From NCBI GenBank assembly GCA_035623825.1, contig DASPSR010000048.1:18369-82368 (forward strand): 64,000 nt of DNA, in the 5' to 3' direction. The notes beneath the pieces are model-generated. The model did not search any database. It was not told where the DNA came from and was given only the letters and a program-made list of their open reading frames with translations. Positions 58,294-64,000 of this stretch are shown one piece after another. Source of the DNA: Nitrospirota bacterium. GTDB taxonomy: Bacteria > Nitrospirota > UBA9217. A program made the translations under genes and the position numbers. How positions within the stretch are numbered: the first letter of the stretch is position 1; each line of letters starts with the position of its first letter.

Positions 58294-58608
58294 ATGGCAT
58301 TAAGAATCGACATTTACATGTCTGAGATCTGCGGGTCCTATCATCAACTTCGCGAACATATGGACCGTGCCCTCGCTGAATTAGGCATGAGGGCCGAAAT
58401 AACCTATCATACAGTGTATTACGACGAAGCGATCAGCCGAGGGATCAAAGGCTCGCCATCCATATGGATAAACGGGAGTGATGCTTTTGGCGGCGGTAGC
58501 GCCGCCGGCATTGCCTGAAGGACCTATATCGACGAGTCCGGGAGACTCAAAAACATTCCGTCAATCAGAATGCTGAAACAGGCGCTCCAGCGGGAGACTA
58601 AAGCATAG
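58294..58608 (+). CDS. Thioredoxin-fold DF-family protein with an in-frame UGA, predicted 104-aa selenoprotein
   Basis: EICGS...GIKGSPSIWINGSDAF...GIA-UGA(58516-58518)-RTYIDESGRLKNIPSIRMLKQALQRETKA. The UGA sits at the Cys of the family CRxY motif and similarity continues past it. Confidence 0.8.
58534..58548 (+). promoter_or_regulatory. SECIS-like hairpin
   Basis: GAGUC-CGGGA-GACUC starts 15 nt after the UGA, with G at loop position 2. Confidence 0.6.
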
Positions 58609-58707
58609 TACCGGTGACGCTATCGAGACGGATATGCTTGAAAAACACCGATCGTACCCTTCATGACGTTTCGGAGGATATCCGCGTCAAGGATTCCATC
58701 GATTGAC

Positions 58708-59232
58708 ATGAAGAACTTGGTCTTCATAGGCGATTCCTTGACAGAGTGGTTCGACTGGCAGAGACGGCTTCCAGAGCAACATGTTACCAACCTCGGCATA
58801 TCAGGTGAACAAGTTGAAGAGCTGCTGGACCGCAGAGACAGGATACGGATGCAGATCGACAATCCGGACTGCATATTCCTCATGACCGGCATAAACAACA
58901 TCGTTTTGGAACAGTACGATATAATTGGCCCATACGGCGATATCGTGCGGGACCTGACGACGTGGTACAAAAAAGCGATCATCGTGGTCCAGAGCATCCT
59001 GCCTGTAGCCCTGGGATGGATCAGCAATAATACAATAAAGGAAACCAATGACCATTTGAAACAGATAGCACATGAATATGGGGCAGAATATCTTGATATC
59101 TACAGTCTTTTTGTCGATTCGAAGGGGAACCCCAAAAGCGAGTATCTTCAGGATGACGGGGTGCATCTGAGCAGTAAGGGATATGGCATGTGGGCAAAGG
59201 AATTGGAGAGGTTCCTAAAAAAAATTTCTTAA
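58708..59232 (+). CDS. SGNH/GDSL hydrolase
   Basis: FIGDSLTE, NLGISG, MTGINN, DGVHL blocks. Confidence 0.92.
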   Translation: MKNLVFIGDSLTEWFDWQRRLPEQHVTNLGISGEQVEELLDRRDRIRMQIDNPDCIFLMTGINNIVLEQYDIIGPYGDIVRDLTTWYKKAIIVVQSILPVALGWISNNTIKETNDHLKQIAHEYGAEYLDIYSLFVDSKGNPKSEYLQDDGVHLSSKGYGMWAKELERFLKKIS

Positions 59233-59409
59233 ATATATTCTGGCATTATATCTTCAAATCATCAAAGCATACCCTAAAAATACCCTTCTTTAATCCTTTA
59301 CTAATCTGACAAGAGAGATATACTTTAATTAGGCCTTAAGTATTATATTCTGCGTTATAAATACTTGTGCAACTCTTTGAATCATAGTGTTTATTCGAAA
59401 GGAGGCAGG

Positions 59410-59667
59410 ATGGGAATCCTTCAAGGCATGAACGCAGAACATCTTGTTCTCATGTTTTTAGACCGAGGCATCACTGAGGACATGATAGATCGAGCGATGA
59501 AAACACTGGTCGGCAATGACTGGAGAGATACCAAGGCGTCCGTGTGGTTTAACAGACTTCAGAATGACGGTTTTATCGTGCACGATAACGCGGATATTTT
59601 CATCGACGACCTGGAAGCTCTCGTTAAAGGCAGAATCACGCTCGATGAGCTGTACAGAAGGGGTTGA
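59410..59667 (+). CDS. Hypothetical protein
   Basis: AGGAGG RBS before ATG 59410; 85 aa; no family recognised. Confidence 0.55.
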   Translation: MGILQGMNAEHLVLMFLDRGITEDMIDRAMKTLVGNDWRDTKASVWFNRLQNDGFIVHDNADIFIDDLEALVKGRITLDELYRRG

Positions 59668-59723
59668 CGGACGGGTTAAGAGGCGTCCAGAACACATTAG
59701 CTGGACGGATTTAATGAAAAGCA

Positions 59724-60242
59724 TCACTTTTTTTTGAAATCTGTACCCGTTTTCGTTTGAGCCTCCCGTTTCTCATCGCCGTGCAGGACCTGAGGCACAA
59801 TCATCCACCCAACCGCCCATCGGCCGTCATCGAAACGTCTTAGACAGACCATCCCTCCCATTTTAAAGTCTATAAGCATTTTCTCTTTGTCCCCGCTGAG
59901 GAGCAGGCCAGCGAGCCGCGCCAGGTGCGGGAGATGCCCTACAAGCATGATATCATCGTTCATTCCAGCGACGCGCCTGGCCCAAATCGAGGGATCATCC
60001 GTCGGCGCCAGGCCATCGGTCTCAGACAGACCCTTCTCCAGATTAAGGTGGTCGGCAAGTATCTGCGCCGTCTGCATGGCTCGCGCCTTGCCGCTGTGAT
60101 ATACCCTGCCGGACTTCACATTTATCATCTTCGCAGAGGCCGAGACGTCGCGCACATCTTGAACTCCCTTCTCGGTCAGCCCACGAGCCGGGTCTTCTTC
60201 TTCGCTCTTGGCTTCAGCGTGCTGCACAAGATAGAGTAACAT
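59724..60242 (-). CDS. sixA: Phosphohistidine phosphatase SixA
   Basis: LYLVQHAEA, RGLTEKG, HSGKARAMQTA, LVGHLPHL. Confidence 0.9.
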   Translation of the reverse strand: MLLYLVQHAEAKSEEEDPARGLTEKGVQDVRDVSASAKMINVKSGRVYHSGKARAMQTAQILADHLNLEKGLSETDGLAPTDDPSIWARRVAGMNDDIMLVGHLPHLARLAGLLLSGDKEKMLIDFKMGGMVCLRRFDDGRWAVGWMIVPQVLHGDEKREAQTKTGTDFKKK

Positions 60243-60474
60243 TGGTCCTCCCTCCATGTATGCTAGTGCAGAGTCATTGCAAGCCCGTGGAGACGATCCC
60301 GATTCATCGCCGAGATGTAAGTCGCCATTGCCCGCAAAACCTGTACCGCCTCAAAACAGTTCTCCTCGCTACGACAAAAGGTGAGAATTTTTGATTCACA
60401 CGCATATAGATCCCGTGTTCTTCCAAGACCAAAGCGTGTTATAATTATATCGCAATTGACAGGAGACAGCGCCC

Positions 60475-61128
60475 ATGAAATGGCCGAAGACATTGACCAT
60501 CGAGGACGCGCGGAAAGCGCAGAATTTTCTCTCCAGGAAAGTTCAACTCTCTCCTCTCAAGAAAGAGCCGAGATACATCGCCGGAGTCGATGCGGCCTTT
60601 TCGGATGACCAGGTGTTTGCCGCCGCTTGCCTGTATCTCTTTCCGGAGCTTGCCCTCATCGAGCGGCAATTTGCAGTTCAAAAACTCTTGTTCCCCTACG
60701 TCCCGGGATTTCTCTCGTTCCGTGAGGGCCCTGCGATCATGACGGCTCTCGAAAAATTAGCACAGAAACCCGACCTTCTCCTTGTTGATGGTCAGGGCAT
60801 CGCACATCCCAGGGGTGTCGGGATTGCCTCACACCTCGGCGTGCTATTGAATCTCCCGGCAATCGGCTGTGCAAAGTCAAGGCTGGTCGGTGAGCACAAC
60901 GATCCCGGCATCAAGAGAGGGAGATGGTCTCGGCTTATTTACGGGGGGAGAGCGGTTGGTGCTGTCGTAAGGACGAAGGACGGTGTCAGACCGCTGTTCG
61001 TGTCGCCCGGCCACAGAGTAAACACGGACGACGCGATACGCCTCACCATCGCCTGTAGCGGCAAACACAGGATACCGGAACCACTCAGATGCGCGGACAT
61101 GCTTTCGAGAAAAATGAAAAAGATTTGA
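60475..61128 (+). CDS. nfi: Endonuclease V
   Basis: AGVDAAF, FPYVPGFLSFRE, VDGQGIAHPRGVGIASHLG, IGCAKS, VSPGH, IPEP. Confidence 0.95.
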   Translation: MKWPKTLTIEDARKAQNFLSRKVQLSPLKKEPRYIAGVDAAFSDDQVFAAACLYLFPELALIERQFAVQKLLFPYVPGFLSFREGPAIMTALEKLAQKPDLLLVDGQGIAHPRGVGIASHLGVLLNLPAIGCAKSRLVGEHNDPGIKRGRWSRLIYGGRAVGAVVRTKDGVRPLFVSPGHRVNTDDAIRLTIACSGKHRIPEPLRCADMLSRKMKKI

Positions 61129-61224
61129 CTTCACACCGTTCTAGACGTCATCTACGTCCGTCTGCTCTCTTCCGGGGGACAGGGTCTAAGAATGATTGTC
61201 TCCGTCCGTAATCGGTATCCCAGT

Positions 61225-61770
61225 TCAAACCCTTTTCAGGATGAGAGGCAGGTGCACCTTGAGATCCAGTGCCTCGAGCGCGGCTTCCCGCAGTTTCTCT
61301 TTTCCGAGGTCTTCCTTCCCTGTCATTTCTTCGATATCGATCCTGACCACGCCTGTTATCTTGAGTTTTTCCTCTGAGAAATCGCCGTAGCCTCCCTCAG
61401 GCTGATACTTCTCCATAAGAGACTTCAATGCACGCCTTCTTTCCGATTCATCCTCAATTATGCGGGCTCGTCCCCGTATGATCACGCTGCGGTAGAGATA
61501 CTCGGCCTTACAAGGGCTTCCATCGGTCCTAACCAGTGCTATGGGCAGATCGACCTCGAAACAAACCCGGCTATCGCGCCTGATGTCATCGATCTTTTCT
61601 CCTTCCTGCGCAGTGTGAAAATAGATTGTATTATCGCAATACGCGAAGTTGAGCGGCTTTACCATGGGGTATCCGTCTTTGCCGACGGTCCCCAGTCTGC
61701 CGATATGGCAAGTATTCAACAAGTCAACGAGCAGGTTCTTATCCTTGATCTCCTTCTTCGATTGACGCAT
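61225..61770 (-). CDS. Pyridoxamine 5'-phosphate oxidase-like flavin-binding protein (NimA family)
   Basis: GRLGT...YPMVKPLNF, YFHTAQEGEK, VCFEVD, YRSVIIRG, MTGK. Confidence 0.88.
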   Translation of the reverse strand: MRQSKKEIKDKNLLVDLLNTCHIGRLGTVGKDGYPMVKPLNFAYCDNTIYFHTAQEGEKIDDIRRDSRVCFEVDLPIALVRTDGSPCKAEYLYRSVIIRGRARIIEDESERRRALKSLMEKYQPEGGYGDFSEEKLKITGVVRIDIEEMTGKEDLGKEKLREAALEALDLKVHLPLILKRV

Positions 61771-61969
61771 GGGGGCCTCCTCCCCTGCATGACCACACAT
61801 GACTGGCGGTCTCAGCATCTCTTACCACAATTCCATTGGAGAGCCCGGCATATAAAGATAAACCCAAATCCTGGATCTCAAATCAAAAGAAGTGCTTTAA
61901 AAGGCGAGCAATTCTGAGTTTCTGCCATTCGTTACTAATTGAGACATCGCAGCTCTCCAGTCGATCCTC

Positions 61970-62503
61970 CTATTCGGCAAGGTCCGCCTCTACCTCGAGA
62001 AAGATCTGGATCTCTTTTCCCGCCACCAGTCCGCCCCCTTCCATCAGCTCACTTCCCCACATGATACTGAAATCCTCGCGGTTCACTGTCGTCGAACCCG
62101 AGAAGCCTATCGTGGTTTCATCGCCATAGGGGTTCTTTCTCGGTCCGGAGTACTCGCCTTCGAACGTGACGGGGCGGGTCATGCCGTGCATCGTCAAATT
62201 GCCGATCACCCGGCAGCGCATACTATTGATAAATCGGACCTCAGTGCTCTTGAAGGTGATCGTGGGATACTTGACCCCATCAAAGAAATCTTCTGTCAGA
62301 AGGTGCTCGTCTCGTTTTTTGATTCCCGTATTCACACTGGTGACATCGATATCAACCACCACAGATGTCCGTGACGTGTCGGAAGGATCGAAGTGAATCG
62401 TTCCCCTCATCCCGTTGAACTGTCCCCGTACGTGCGCGAGCATCATGTGCCTGATGGCGAAAGCAACACAGGAGTGATCTGAATCAATAATCCATTTAGC
62501 CAT
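61970..62503 (-). CDS. YceI-family protein
   Basis: WIIDSDHS, HMMLAHVRGQF, RDEHL...FFD...YPTITF, GNLTMHG. Confidence 0.93.
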   Translation of the reverse strand: MAKWIIDSDHSCVAFAIRHMMLAHVRGQFNGMRGTIHFDPSDTSRTSVVVDIDVTSVNTGIKKRDEHLLTEDFFDGVKYPTITFKSTEVRFINSMRCRVIGNLTMHGMTRPVTFEGEYSGPRKNPYGDETTIGFSGSTTVNREDFSIMWGSELMEGGGLVAGKEIQIFLEVEADLAE

Positions 62504-62664
62504 ATCCGCCCCCCTCTCCTTTATTTACCTGTAACTATTTTATACAATTTTTCAACAATCTGTGCAACTTAATAAAATCTTACTGGGCTCTCTTCTCTCT
62601 TGCTAAAAGCTCACCCGGAGATTTATAATACGGCGTCGATTATGAGTGACGAAGGGGAGAGTTT

Positions 62665-63660
62665 GTGAGCAAGAAGGCAGTTGCACTTATATCGGGTGGT
62701 CTCGATAGTGTATTGGCCGCGAGAGTGATCATGGAGCAGGATTTCGACGTGATCGGGCTCTACTTCACATCGGCTTTTTCAAAGAGCTATGGCCACGAAC
62801 GCGATACCCACGCCGCACTGGTCTCGAAGGCTATTGGCATCGATCTCCGCGTCATAGACATGGGAGAGGACTATATCGATGTCGTCCGGAACCCAGCGCA
62901 TGGCTACGGCAAGCACACCAACCCCTGTATAGACTGCAAGATATTTATGTTGAGAAGGGCAAAATCCGTAATGCAGGAAGTGAACGCCCCCTTCGTTGTA
63001 ACCGGCGAAGTCTTAGGGCAACGACCCATGTCACAGCGACGCGACGCGCTGCGGGTGATCGAGCGTGACGGGGATGTGAAAGGCATGGTACTCCGTCCCC
63101 TTTCGGCGAAGCTGCTTCCCCCTACCAAAGCTGAACAGGACGGACTGATCGACCGTGAAAAGCTCCTTGGCATTAGCGGCCGGTCGAGGAATGTCCAACT
63201 CAGGCTGGCCGAACGTTATGGTATCCGAGGATACTCCACCCCCGCCGGCGGCTGTTTGCTCACGGATAAAAACTTTTCCGATAAGCTCCGCGACCTGTTT
63301 GAGGATAAGAAGGCCGTAACTCTCAGTGACATCAGGCTGCTCACGGTGGGTCGCCACTATCGGATCGGCGCGGGCGTCAAGATCGTTCTCGGCCGCGACA
63401 ACGGGGAGAACCAGTTGCTCATACAGTTGGCTTCAAGCGGTTATCATTTGTTCATGCCTCACAATTTTCCCGGCCCTGTGGCCCTCCTGAGTGTAACCCC
63501 TTCGCAGGAAATCAAACAGACCATCGGCCGCCTTATCATTACATACAGCAAGCAGGTGCCCGGCCGGGTCCGACGCATACGGTATAATGATGAGATATTT
63601 GATCCCGGGGAACCGCTACCCATCGACAGCCCCCGGCTGAGGCGCGTGGGAGCGGATTGA
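62665..63660 (+). CDS. ThiI-like PP-loop tRNA thiolase family protein (DUF814-associated)
   Basis: SGGLDS PP-loop, NPCIDC, TGEVLGQRPMSQ, PAGGCLLTD, GRH, GRD. Confidence 0.8.
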   Translation: MSKKAVALISGGLDSVLAARVIMEQDFDVIGLYFTSAFSKSYGHERDTHAALVSKAIGIDLRVIDMGEDYIDVVRNPAHGYGKHTNPCIDCKIFMLRRAKSVMQEVNAPFVVTGEVLGQRPMSQRRDALRVIERDGDVKGMVLRPLSAKLLPPTKAEQDGLIDREKLLGISGRSRNVQLRLAERYGIRGYSTPAGGCLLTDKNFSDKLRDLFEDKKAVTLSDIRLLTVGRHYRIGAGVKIVLGRDNGENQLLIQLASSGYHLFMPHNFPGPVALLSVTPSQEIKQTIGRLIITYSKQVPGRVRRIRYNDEIFDPGEPLPIDSPRLRRVGAD

Positions 63661-63852
63661 CTGAAAAAATCTATCCAGCATTCGCGAAACGTGGCGCCTA
63701 CAATTCCCCTCTCCACCCCAATCCCTCTGCCTCCCATAAGATGTATCGTGTCGTATTCCCCGACAACTGTTTCTCCACTCTCCCCGAAAAAAAATGATAC
63801 AATAATTATGAACGATTTTCGTCCTGCCTGCTCCGACTTGAGAAAGGGAACT

Positions 63853-64000
63853 GTGCCCGAGATAACCTTACAGGCTGTCACCGAATATCTCACGGCGCTC
63901 CATGCCCGTCCGGTGCGCGTGATTTCCATGACGGAGGCGGGAAAGCTGGAGCCGGGTGAAGACCTCAAGGCCTTCGGGTATGGTTCTCCTCTGTTCTTGG
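63853..64000 (+). CDS. 5' end of a probable APH-like phosphotransferase (runs off the window end)
   Basis: Open frame MPEITLQAVTEYL...EDLKAFGYGSPLFL; alternative in-frame ATG at 63808. The family call rests on one short remembered motif. Confidence 0.4.
   Translation, partial: MPEITLQAVTEYLTALHARPVRVISMTEAGKLEPGEDLKAFGYGSPLFL

Noticed and set aside
1-64000. tRNA/rRNA genes, known riboswitches, sigma54 promoters, IS elements, prophage and defence systems
   Set aside because: None recognised by eye in the intergenic regions or ORFs. An Rfam/tRNAscan run is needed to exclude divergent RNAs.

Overview
A 64 kb, GC-rich bacterial chromosomal segment made mostly of housekeeping genes on the minus strand. 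Gene style suggests an anaerobic or microaerophilic diderm such as Nitrospirota or a deltaproteobacterium (inference only). It holds type II secretion gspC and the 5' end of gspD, a namZ plus fused MurU-AmgK peptidoglycan-salvage pair, mdh-fumAB-apt, the uppS-cdsA-dxr-rseP-ispG-proS block, a GH57 glucanotransferase, an ABC-2 exporter, an NtrC-type regulator, a cysteine desulfurase and cysK, vorB with a ferredoxin, recN, sppA, surA, bamA, phosphoketolase, ubiX/ubiA-like prenyltransferases, a patatin plus an acyl-ligase/ACP/PlsC fusion, a double-MshEN GspE/PilB ATPase and several small redox and repair genes. I saw no rRNA, tRNA, CRISPR array, transposase or prophage. The main signals are missed or truncated by the ORF track. 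Three in-frame UGA codons each fall where homologues have Cys: a hidden NifU/Nfu-domain gene with a CxxU motif (12135-12380), a thioredoxin-fold DF-family protein (58294-58608), and an otherwise intact phosphoketolase (43741-46125). The first two have a SECIS-like hairpin starting exactly 15 nt after the UGA. There is also an unannotated 42-aa [D/E]RR-repeat peptide resembling c-di-GMP-binding Arg-rich motifs (6459-6587), and several genes look leaderless.
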